The notes beneath the pieces were generated by a model. That model was not told the DNA's origin and made no database searches. It saw only the letters and a program-made list of their open reading frames with translations. From Naegleria gruberi (lineage: Eukaryota), in the NCBI GenBank assembly GCA_000004985.1, contig GG739031.1: a stretch of 36,911 nucleotides of DNA; one strand, given 5' to 3'. A program made the position numbers and the translations under genes. Below, piece by piece: positions 1 through 10,000 of the stretch (its first letter is position 1; each line of letters starts with the position of its first letter).

Positions 1-126
1 GAAAGAGGGTGGCGAATCTTTATTTATTTTCTCAGTGGTTATAAGAGATAAAACTTTGAATAGGTAGATTACATACTATTACCTCTATTATGAAAAAAGC
101 AAAACTCAAATATTCCAGAAACAGTC

Positions 127-131
127 AAAAA
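127..131 (-). terminator. Pol III oligo-T terminator for the tRNA
   Basis: Plus-strand AAAAA at 127-131 gives TTTTT on the minus strand, 7 nt downstream of the tRNA 3' end. Confidence 0.5.
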
Positions 132-137
132 TTATGA

Positions 138-208
138 CTCGAGTGCCGGGAATTGAACCCGGGTCGCCAGAGTGACAGTCTGGAATGCTACCACTATACC
201 ACACCCGA
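138..208 (-). tRNA. tRNA-Asp, anticodon GUC, 71 nt
   Basis: The reverse complement of 138-208 is TCGGGTG-TG-GTAT-AGTGGTA-GCAT-T-CCAGA-CTGTCAC-TCTGG-CGAC-CCGGG-TTCAATT-CCCGG-CACTCGA-G. The 7-bp acceptor stem TCGGGTG/CACTCGA includes one G-U pair. The anticodon stem CCAGA/TCTGG has a 7-nt loop CTGTCAC with U33 and anticodon GTC. The T-stem is CCGGG/CCCGG with loop TTCAATT. The variable loop is 4 nt, as is usual for Asp tRNAs. The discriminator is G. No CCA is encoded, which is the eukaryotic pattern. Confidence 0.92.
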
Positions 209-446
209 TTTCACATGAATTAATCAACTAAAACAGACTTTGACATTATATTTAGAGAAAATTTATTGAAACTTCCATTTCAAAGTTGCAACTTTGATCT
301 GTTCAAAAAACAAATCATACCATAATGAAGCGAACCTTTGGAACACTCTGAGAAGGCAACAGGTTTGGTTTCACTAATATATTTGAGGCATGTAGTGTAA
401 TTCTTGTAACATTCAATTTTTTGATTATTTGTTGTAAAATGCTGAA

Positions 447-453
447 TTTCCAG
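447..453 (+). promoter_or_regulatory. TTTCCAG acceptor-like site 27 nt upstream of ATG(481); candidate trans-splice or 5'UTR acceptor
   Basis: The sequence aatTTCCAGctttctggagaaaaacagtcaaaaaaaATGtct places a nematode-type acceptor just 5' of an A-rich start context. This is inference only. Confidence 0.25.
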
Positions 454-480
454 CTTTCTGGAGAAAAACAGTCAAAAAAA

Positions 481-793
481 ATGTCTGCATCATCGACTAC
501 TGCTGCTGATCACTCAGTAAAGAAGAGAAAAACGTCATCAAATTTTGATGGATCATCACTCGCATCATCGGAAGTGTTTGAAAATGATCAGAATGAAAAG
601 TTGATTGATGAAATTTCCGATGCATTGCATAGGTTGTCCCTCCAGAAGCAAACTGAGGAAATGATCAAGAAATTGGTCGAGCAAAAGGATCAAAGTGTTC
701 TTATTGTTGCTGGTAGTGGTGATGAGACAAGTGATAAATTGGAAACACTCCAGAAAATGCAACAGGAAGAGATGGTTGTGCTGAAAGTTGGTG
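481..793 (+). CDS. Exon 1 of an unknown Ser/Lys/Glu-rich protein with a KKRK nuclear-localisation-like motif; exon ends in phase 1
   Basis: The ORF frame is open from 421, but ATG 481 sits in aaaaaaaATGtct context downstream of the TTTCCAG site. The protein reads MSASSTTAADHSVKKRKTSS...EEMVVLKVG. A GTATGT donor lies at 794-799, immediately after G793. Confidence 0.55.
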
Positions 794-864
794 GTATGTT
801 ATTGTTGTTTGATGATGATGATTTGAATAATTTCATGATTTTAATTTGATAATGATGATGACAG
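794..864 (+). other. Spliceosomal intron, 71 nt (GTATGT...ACAG), AT-rich
   Basis: A consensus GTATGT donor is followed by a gatgACAG acceptor. Joining G793 to GT(865-866) keeps the reading frame continuous with the 846-frame ORF, giving ...LKVGG|KFFYTT.... The readthrough translation (MLLLFDDDDLNNFMILI*) hits a stop. Confidence 0.6.
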
Positions 865-1092
865 GTAAATTCTTTTATACAACAATGAAAACCTTGATGG
901 GTGAAAGAGGTAATACTCAAGTTCAAACAAAGAAAATTATTATTGCTGATAAAGTTGGTAAAGCAACTGGTGCTGGAAAGAAGGGAGGAGAAGATGAAGA
1001 AGAAATGGAAGAAGGAGGTGGTGATGATGAAATGGAAGATGAAGGACCAAAGGATGACGGTATCTCATCACTTGAATATGTTTGTGCTCAAG
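865..1092 (+). CDS. Exon 2 (truncated by the N run) with an acidic E/D/G tract; product unknown
   Basis: The frame continues as KFFYTTMKTLMGERGNTQVQTKKIIIADKVGKATGAGKKGGEDEEEMEEGGGDDEMEDEGPKDDGISSLEYVCAQ, stays open and runs into the N block at 1093. Confidence 0.5.
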
Positions 1093-4000
1093 NNNNNNNN
1101 NNNNNNNNNNNNNNNNNNNNNNNNNNNNNNNNNNNNNNNNNNNNNNNNNNNNNNNNNNNNNNNNNNNNNNNNNNNNNNNNNNNNNNNNNNNNNNNNNNNN
1201 NNNNNNNNNNNNNNNNNNNNNNNNNNNNNNNNNNNNNNNNNNNNNNNNNNNNNNNNNNNNNNNNNNNNNNNNNNNNNNNNNNNNNNNNNNNNNNNNNNNN
1301 NNNNNNNNNNNNNNNNNNNNNNNNNNNNNNNNNNNNNNNNNNNNNNNNNNNNNNNNNNNNNNNNNNNNNNNNNNNNNNNNNNNNNNNNNNNNNNNNNNNN
1401 NNNNNNNNNNNNNNNNNNNNNNNNNNNNNNNNNNNNNNNNNNNNNNNNNNNNNNNNNNNNNNNNNNNNNNNNNNNNNNNNNNNNNNNNNNNNNNNNNNNN
1501 NNNNNNNNNNNNNNNNNNNNNNNNNNNNNNNNNNNNNNNNNNNNNNNNNNNNNNNNNNNNNNNNNNNNNNNNNNNNNNNNNNNNNNNNNNNNNNNNNNNN
1601 NNNNNNNNNNNNNNNNNNNNNNNNNNNNNNNNNNNNNNNNNNNNNNNNNNNNNNNNNNNNNNNNNNNNNNNNNNNNNNNNNNNNNNNNNNNNNNNNNNNN
1701 NNNNNNNNNNNNNNNNNNNNNNNNNNNNNNNNNNNNNNNNNNNNNNNNNNNNNNNNNNNNNNNNNNNNNNNNNNNNNNNNNNNNNNNNNNNNNNNNNNNN
1801 NNNNNNNNNNNNNNNNNNNNNNNNNNNNNNNNNNNNNNNNNNNNNNNNNNNNNNNNNNNNNNNNNNNNNNNNNNNNNNNNNNNNNNNNNNNNNNNNNNNN
1901 NNNNNNNNNNNNNNNNNNNNNNNNNNNNNNNNNNNNNNNNNNNNNNNNNNNNNNNNNNNNNNNNNNNNNNNNNNNNNNNNNNNNNNNNNNNNNNNNNNNN
2001 NNNNNNNNNNNNNNNNNNNNNNNNNNNNNNNNNNNNNNNNNNNNNNNNNNNNNNNNNNNNNNNNNNNNNNNNNNNNNNNNNNNNNNNNNNNNNNNNNNNN
2101 NNNNNNNNNNNNNNNNNNNNNNNNNNNNNNNNNNNNNNNNNNNNNNNNNNNNNNNNNNNNNNNNNNNNNNNNNNNNNNNNNNNNNNNNNNNNNNNNNNNN
2201 NNNNNNNNNNNNNNNNNNNNNNNNNNNNNNNNNNNNNNNNNNNNNNNNNNNNNNNNNNNNNNNNNNNNNNNNNNNNNNNNNNNNNNNNNNNNNNNNNNNN
2301 NNNNNNNNNNNNNNNNNNNNNNNNNNNNNNNNNNNNNNNNNNNNNNNNNNNNNNNNNNNNNNNNNNNNNNNNNNNNNNNNNNNNNNNNNNNNNNNNNNNN
2401 NNNNNNNNNNNNNNNNNNNNNNNNNNNNNNNNNNNNNNNNNNNNNNNNNNNNNNNNNNNNNNNNNNNNNNNNNNNNNNNNNNNNNNNNNNNNNNNNNNNN
2501 NNNNNNNNNNNNNNNNNNNNNNNNNNNNNNNNNNNNNNNNNNNNNNNNNNNNNNNNNNNNNNNNNNNNNNNNNNNNNNNNNNNNNNNNNNNNNNNNNNNN
2601 NNNNNNNNNNNNNNNNNNNNNNNNNNNNNNNNNNNNNNNNNNNNNNNNNNNNNNNNNNNNNNNNNNNNNNNNNNNNNNNNNNNNNNNNNNNNNNNNNNNN
2701 NNNNNNNNNNNNNNNNNNNNNNNNNNNNNNNNNNNNNNNNNNNNNNNNNNNNNNNNNNNNNNNNNNNNNNNNNNNNNNNNNNNNNNNNNNNNNNNNNNNN
2801 NNNNNNNNNNNNNNNNNNNNNNNNNNNNNNNNNNNNNNNNNNNNNNNNNNNNNNNNNNNNNNNNNNNNNNNNNNNNNNNNNNNNNNNNNNNNNNNNNNNN
2901 NNNNNNNNNNNNNNNNNNNNNNNNNNNNNNNNNNNNNNNNNNNNNNNNNNNNNNNNNNNNNNNNNNNNNNNNNNNNNNNNNNNNNNNNNNNNNNNNNNNN
3001 NNNNNNNNNNNNNNNNNNNNNNNNNNNNNNNNNNNNNNNNNNNNNNNNNNNNNNNNNNNNNNNNNNNNNNNNNNNNNNNNNNNNNNNNNNNNNNNNNNNN
3101 NNNNNNNNNNNNNNNNNNNNNNNNNNNNNNNNNNNNNNNNNNNNNNNNNNNNNNNNNNNNNNNNNNNNNNNNNNNNNNNNNNNNNNNNNNNNNNNNNNNN
3201 NNNNNNNNNNNNNNNNNNNNNNNNNNNNNNNNNNNNNNNNNNNNNNNNNNNNNNNNNNNNNNNNNNNNNNNNNNNNNNNNNNNNNNNNNNNNNNNNNNNN
3301 NNNNNNNNNNNNNNNNNNNNNNNNNNNNNNNNNNNNNNNNNNNNNNNNNNNNNNNNNNNNNNNNNNNNNNNNNNNNNNNNNNNNNNNNNNNNNNNNNNNN
3401 NNNNNNNNNNNNNNNNNNNNNNNNNNNNNNNNNNNNNNNNNNNNNNNNNNNNNNNNNNNNNNNNNNNNNNNNNNNNNNNNNNNNNNNNNNNNNNNNNNNN
3501 NNNNNNNNNNNNNNNNNNNNNNNNNNNNNNNNNNNNNNNNNNNNNNNNNNNNNNNNNNNNNNNNNNNNNNNNNNNNNNNNNNNNNNNNNNNNNNNNNNNN
3601 NNNNNNNNNNNNNNNNNNNNNNNNNNNNNNNNNNNNNNNNNNNNNNNNNNNNNNNNNNNNNNNNNNNNNNNNNNNNNNNNNNNNNNNNNNNNNNNNNNNN
3701 NNNNNNNNNNNNNNNNNNNNNNNNNNNNNNNNNNNNNNNNNNNNNNNNNNNNNNNNNNNNNNNNNNNNNNNNNNNNNNNNNNNNNNNNNNNNNNNNNNNN
3801 NNNNNNNNNNNNNNNNNNNNNNNNNNNNNNNNNNNNNNNNNNNNNNNNNNNNNNNNNNNNNNNNNNNNNNNNNNNNNNNNNNNNNNNNNNNNNNNNNNNN
3901 NNNNNNNNNNNNNNNNNNNNNNNNNNNNNNNNNNNNNNNNNNNNNNNNNNNNNNNNNNNNNNNNNNNNNNNNNNNNNNNNNNNNNNNNNNNNNNNNNNNN

Positions 4001-7000
4001 NNNNNNNNNNNNNNNNNNNNNNNNNNNNNNNNNNNNNNNNNNNNNNNNNNNNNNNNNNNNNNNNNNNNNNNNNNNNNNNNNNNNNNNNNNNNNNNNNNNN
4101 NNNNNNNNNNNNNNNNNNNNNNNNNNNNNNNNNNNNNNNNNNNNNNNNNNNNNNNNNNNNNNNNNNNNNNNNNNNNNNNNNNNNNNNNNNNNNNNNNNNN
4201 NNNNNNNNNNNNNNNNNNNNNNNNNNNNNNNNNNNNNNNNNNNNNNNNNNNNNNNNNNNNNNNNNNNNNNNNNNNNNNNNNNNNNNNNNNNNNNNNNNNN
4301 NNNNNNNNNNNNNNNNNNNNNNNNNNNNNNNNNNNNNNNNNNNNNNNNNNNNNNNNNNNNNNNNNNNNNNNNNNNNNNNNNNNNNNNNNNNNNNNNNNNN
4401 NNNNNNNNNNNNNNNNNNNNNNNNNNNNNNNNNNNNNNNNNNNNNNNNNNNNNNNNNNNNNNNNNNNNNNNNNNNNNNNNNNNNNNNNNNNNNNNNNNNN
4501 NNNNNNNNNNNNNNNNNNNNNNNNNNNNNNNNNNNNNNNNNNNNNNNNNNNNNNNNNNNNNNNNNNNNNNNNNNNNNNNNNNNNNNNNNNNNNNNNNNNN
4601 NNNNNNNNNNNNNNNNNNNNNNNNNNNNNNNNNNNNNNNNNNNNNNNNNNNNNNNNNNNNNNNNNNNNNNNNNNNNNNNNNNNNNNNNNNNNNNNNNNNN
4701 NNNNNNNNNNNNNNNNNNNNNNNNNNNNNNNNNNNNNNNNNNNNNNNNNNNNNNNNNNNNNNNNNNNNNNNNNNNNNNNNNNNNNNNNNNNNNNNNNNNN
4801 NNNNNNNNNNNNNNNNNNNNNNNNNNNNNNNNNNNNNNNNNNNNNNNNNNNNNNNNNNNNNNNNNNNNNNNNNNNNNNNNNNNNNNNNNNNNNNNNNNNN
4901 NNNNNNNNNNNNNNNNNNNNNNNNNNNNNNNNNNNNNNNNNNNNNNNNNNNNNNNNNNNNNNNNNNNNNNNNNNNNNNNNNNNNNNNNNNNNNNNNNNNN
5001 NNNNNNNNNNNNNNNNNNNNNNNNNNNNNNNNNNNNNNNNNNNNNNNNNNNNNNNNNNNNNNNNNNNNNNNNNNNNNNNNNNNNNNNNNNNNNNNNNNNN
5101 NNNNNNNNNNNNNNNNNNNNNNNNNNNNNNNNNNNNNNNNNNNNNNNNNNNNNNNNNNNNNNNNNNNNNNNNNNNNNNNNNNNNNNNNNNNNNNNNNNNN
5201 NNNNNNNNNNNNNNNNNNNNNNNNNNNNNNNNNNNNNNNNNNNNNNNNNNNNNNNNNNNNNNNNNNNNNNNNNNNNNNNNNNNNNNNNNNNNNNNNNNNN
5301 NNNNNNNNNNNNNNNNNNNNNNNNNNNNNNNNNNNNNNNNNNNNNNNNNNNNNNNNNNNNNNNNNNNNNNNNNNNNNNNNNNNNNNNNNNNNNNNNNNNN
5401 NNNNNNNNNNNNNNNNNNNNNNNNNNNNNNNNNNNNNNNNNNNNNNNNNNNNNNNNNNNNNNNNNNNNNNNNNNNNNNNNNNNNNNNNNNNNNNNNNNNN
5501 NNNNNNNNNNNNNNNNNNNNNNNNNNNNNNNNNNNNNNNNNNNNNNNNNNNNNNNNNNNNNNNNNNNNNNNNNNNNNNNNNNNNNNNNNNNNNNNNNNNN
5601 NNNNNNNNNNNNNNNNNNNNNNNNNNNNNNNNNNNNNNNNNNNNNNNNNNNNNNNNNNNNNNNNNNNNNNNNNNNNNNNNNNNNNNNNNNNNNNNNNNNN
5701 NNNNNNNNNNNNNNNNNNNNNNNNNNNNNNNNNNNNNNNNNNNNNNNNNNNNNNNNNNNNNNNNNNNNNNNNNNNNNNNNNNNNNNNNNNNNNNNNNNNN
5801 NNNNNNNNNNNNNNNNNNNNNNNNNNNNNNNNNNNNNNNNNNNNNNNNNNNNNNNNNNNNNNNNNNNNNNNNNNNNNNNNNNNNNNNNNNNNNNNNNNNN
5901 NNNNNNNNNNNNNNNNNNNNNNNNNNNNNNNNNNNNNNNNNNNNNNNNNNNNNNNNNNNNNNNNNNNNNNNNNNNNNNNNNNNNNNNNNNNNNNNNNNNN
6001 NNNNNNNNNNNNNNNNNNNNNNNNNNNNNNNNNNNNNNNNNNNNNNNNNNNNNNNNNNNNNNNNNNNNNNNNNNNNNNNNNNNNNNNNNNNNNNNNNNNN
6101 NNNNNNNNNNNNNNNNNNNNNNNNNNNNNNNNNNNNNNNNNNNNNNNNNNNNNNNNNNNNNNNNNNNNNNNNNNNNNNNNNNNNNNNNNNNNNNNNNNNN
6201 NNNNNNNNNNNNNNNNNNNNNNNNNNNNNNNNNNNNNNNNNNNNNNNNNNNNNNNNNNNNNNNNNNNNNNNNNNNNNNNNNNNNNNNNNNNNNNNNNNNN
6301 NNNNNNNNNNNNNNNNNNNNNNNNNNNNNNNNNNNNNNNNNNNNNNNNNNNNNNNNNNNNNNNNNNNNNNNNNNNNNNNNNNNNNNNNNNNNNNNNNNNN
6401 NNNNNNNNNNNNNNNNNNNNNNNNNNNNNNNNNNNNNNNNNNNNNNNNNNNNNNNNNNNNNNNNNNNNNNNNNNNNNNNNNNNNNNNNNNNNNNNNNNNN
6501 NNNNNNNNNNNNNNNNNNNNNNNNNNNNNNNNNNNNNNNNNNNNNNNNNNNNNNNNNNNNNNNNNNNNNNNNNNNNNNNNNNNNNNNNNNNNNNNNNNNN
6601 NNNNNNNNNNNNNNNNNNNNNNNNNNNNNNNNNNNNNNNNNNNNNNNNNNNNNNNNNNNNNNNNNNNNNNNNNNNNNNNNNNNNNNNNNNNNNNNNNNNN
6701 NNNNNNNNNNNNNNNNNNNNNNNNNNNNNNNNNNNNNNNNNNNNNNNNNNNNNNNNNNNNNNNNNNNNNNNNNNNNNNNNNNNNNNNNNNNNNNNNNNNN
6801 NNNNNNNNNNNNNNNNNNNNNNNNNNNNNNNNNNNNNNNNNNNNNNNNNNNNNNNNNNNNNNNNNNNNNNNNNNNNNNNNNNNNNNNNNNNNNNNNNNNN
6901 NNNNNNNNNNNNNNNNNNNNNNNNNNNNNNNNNNNNNNNNNNNNNNNNNNNNNNNNNNNNNNNNNNNNNNNNNNNNNNNNNNNNNNNNNNNNNNNNNNNN

Positions 7001-10000
7001 NNNNNNNNNNNNNNNNNNNNNNNNNNNNNNNNNNNNNNNNNNNNNNNNNNNNNNNNNNNNNNNNNNNNNNNNNNNNNNNNNNNNNNNNNNNNNNNNNNNN
7101 NNNNNNNNNNNNNNNNNNNNNNNNNNNNNNNNNNNNNNNNNNNNNNNNNNNNNNNNNNNNNNNNNNNNNNNNNNNNNNNNNNNNNNNNNNNNNNNNNNNN
7201 NNNNNNNNNNNNNNNNNNNNNNNNNNNNNNNNNNNNNNNNNNNNNNNNNNNNNNNNNNNNNNNNNNNNNNNNNNNNNNNNNNNNNNNNNNNNNNNNNNNN
7301 NNNNNNNNNNNNNNNNNNNNNNNNNNNNNNNNNNNNNNNNNNNNNNNNNNNNNNNNNNNNNNNNNNNNNNNNNNNNNNNNNNNNNNNNNNNNNNNNNNNN
7401 NNNNNNNNNNNNNNNNNNNNNNNNNNNNNNNNNNNNNNNNNNNNNNNNNNNNNNNNNNNNNNNNNNNNNNNNNNNNNNNNNNNNNNNNNNNNNNNNNNNN
7501 NNNNNNNNNNNNNNNNNNNNNNNNNNNNNNNNNNNNNNNNNNNNNNNNNNNNNNNNNNNNNNNNNNNNNNNNNNNNNNNNNNNNNNNNNNNNNNNNNNNN
7601 NNNNNNNNNNNNNNNNNNNNNNNNNNNNNNNNNNNNNNNNNNNNNNNNNNNNNNNNNNNNNNNNNNNNNNNNNNNNNNNNNNNNNNNNNNNNNNNNNNNN
7701 NNNNNNNNNNNNNNNNNNNNNNNNNNNNNNNNNNNNNNNNNNNNNNNNNNNNNNNNNNNNNNNNNNNNNNNNNNNNNNNNNNNNNNNNNNNNNNNNNNNN
7801 NNNNNNNNNNNNNNNNNNNNNNNNNNNNNNNNNNNNNNNNNNNNNNNNNNNNNNNNNNNNNNNNNNNNNNNNNNNNNNNNNNNNNNNNNNNNNNNNNNNN
7901 NNNNNNNNNNNNNNNNNNNNNNNNNNNNNNNNNNNNNNNNNNNNNNNNNNNNNNNNNNNNNNNNNNNNNNNNNNNNNNNNNNNNNNNNNNNNNNNNNNNN
8001 NNNNNNNNNNNNNNNNNNNNNNNNNNNNNNNNNNNNNNNNNNNNNNNNNNNNNNNNNNNNNNNNNNNNNNNNNNNNNNNNNNNNNNNNNNNNNNNNNNNN
8101 NNNNNNNNNNNNNNNNNNNNNNNNNNNNNNNNNNNNNNNNNNNNNNNNNNNNNNNNNNNNNNNNNNNNNNNNNNNNNNNNNNNNNNNNNNNNNNNNNNNN
8201 NNNNNNNNNNNNNNNNNNNNNNNNNNNNNNNNNNNNNNNNNNNNNNNNNNNNNNNNNNNNNNNNNNNNNNNNNNNNNNNNNNNNNNNNNNNNNNNNNNNN
8301 NNNNNNNNNNNNNNNNNNNNNNNNNNNNNNNNNNNNNNNNNNNNNNNNNNNNNNNNNNNNNNNNNNNNNNNNNNNNNNNNNNNNNNNNNNNNNNNNNNNN
8401 NNNNNNNNNNNNNNNNNNNNNNNNNNNNNNNNNNNNNNNNNNNNNNNNNNNNNNNNNNNNNNNNNNNNNNNNNNNNNNNNNNNNNNNNNNNNNNNNNNNN
8501 NNNNNNNNNNNNNNNNNNNNNNNNNNNNNNNNNNNNNNNNNNNNNNNNNNNNNNNNNNNNNNNNNNNNNNNNNNNNNNNNNNNNNNNNNNNNNNNNNNNN
8601 NNNNNNNNNNNNNNNNNNNNNNNNNNNNNNNNNNNNNNNNNNNNNNNNNNNNNNNNNNNNNNNNNNNNNNNNNNNNNNNNNNNNNNNNNNNNNNNNNNNN
8701 NNNNNNNNNNNNNNNNNNNNNNNNNNNNNNNNNNNNNNNNNNNNNNNNNNNNNNNNNNNNNNNNNNNNNNNNNNNNNNNNNNNNNNNNNNNNNNNNNNNN
8801 NNNNNNNNNNNNNNNNNNNNNNNNNNNNNNNNNNNNNNNNNNNNNNNNNNNNNNNNNNNNNNNNNNNNNNNNNNNNNNNNNNNNNNNNNNNNNNNNNNNN
8901 NNNNNNNNNNNNNNNNNNNNNNNNNNNNNNNNNNNNNNNNNNNNNNNNNNNNNNNNNNNNNNNNNNNNNNNNNNNNNNNNNNNNNNNNNNNNNNNNNNNN
9001 NNNNNNNNNNNNNNNNNNNNNNNNNNNNNNNNNNNNNNNNNNNNNNNNNNNNNNNNNNNNNNNNNNNNNNNNNNNNNNNNNNNNNNNNNNNNNNNNNNNN
9101 NNNNNNNNNNNNNNNNNNNNNNNNNNNNNNNNNNNNNNNNNNNNNNNNNNNNNNNNNNNNNNNNNNNNNNNNNNNNNNNNNNNNNNNNNNNNNNNNNNNN
9201 NNNNNNNNNNNNNNNNNNNNNNNNNNNNNNNNNNNNNNNNNNNNNNNNNNNNNNNNNNNNNNNNNNNNNNNNNNNNNNNNNNNNNNNNNNNNNNNNNNNN
9301 NNNNNNNNNNNNNNNNNNNNNNNNNNNNNNNNNNNNNNNNNNNNNNNNNNNNNNNNNNNNNNNNNNNNNNNNNNNNNNNNNNNNNNNNNNNNNNNNNNNN
9401 NNNNNNNNNNNNNNNNNNNNNNNNNNNNNNNNNNNNNNNNNNNNNNNNNNNNNNNNNNNNNNNNNNNNNNNNNNNNNNNNNNNNNNNNNNNNNNNNNNNN
9501 NNNNNNNNNNNNNNNNNNNNNNNNNNNNNNNNNNNNNNNNNNNNNNNNNNNNNNNNNNNNNNNNNNNNNNNNNNNNNNNNNNNNNNNNNNNNNNNNNNNN
9601 NNNNNNNNNNNNNNNNNNNNNNNNNNNNNNNNNNNNNNNNNNNNNNNNNNNNNNNNNNNNNNNNNNNNNNNNNNNNNNNNNNNNNNNNNNNNNNNNNNNN
9701 NNNNNNNNNNNNNNNNNNNNNNNNNNNNNNNNNNNNNNNNNNNNNNNNNNNNNNNNNNNNNNNNNNNNNNNNNNNNNNNNNNNNNNNNNNNNNNNNNNNN
9801 NNNNNNNNNNNNNNNNNNNNNNNNNNNNNNNNNNNNNNNNNNNNNNNNNNNNNNNNNNNNNNNNNNNNNNNNNNNNNNNNNNNNNNNNNNNNNNNNNNNN
9901 NNNNNNNNNNNNNNNNNNNNNNNNNNNNNNNNNNNNNNNNNNNNNNNNNNNNNNNNNNNNNNNNNNNNNNNNNNNNNNNNNNNNNNNNNNNNNNNNNNNN

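Noticed and set aside
565-926. Minus-strand ORFs 565..762 and 690..926.
   Set aside because: They are antisense to the plus-strand two-exon gene and span its intron. There is no coding signal.
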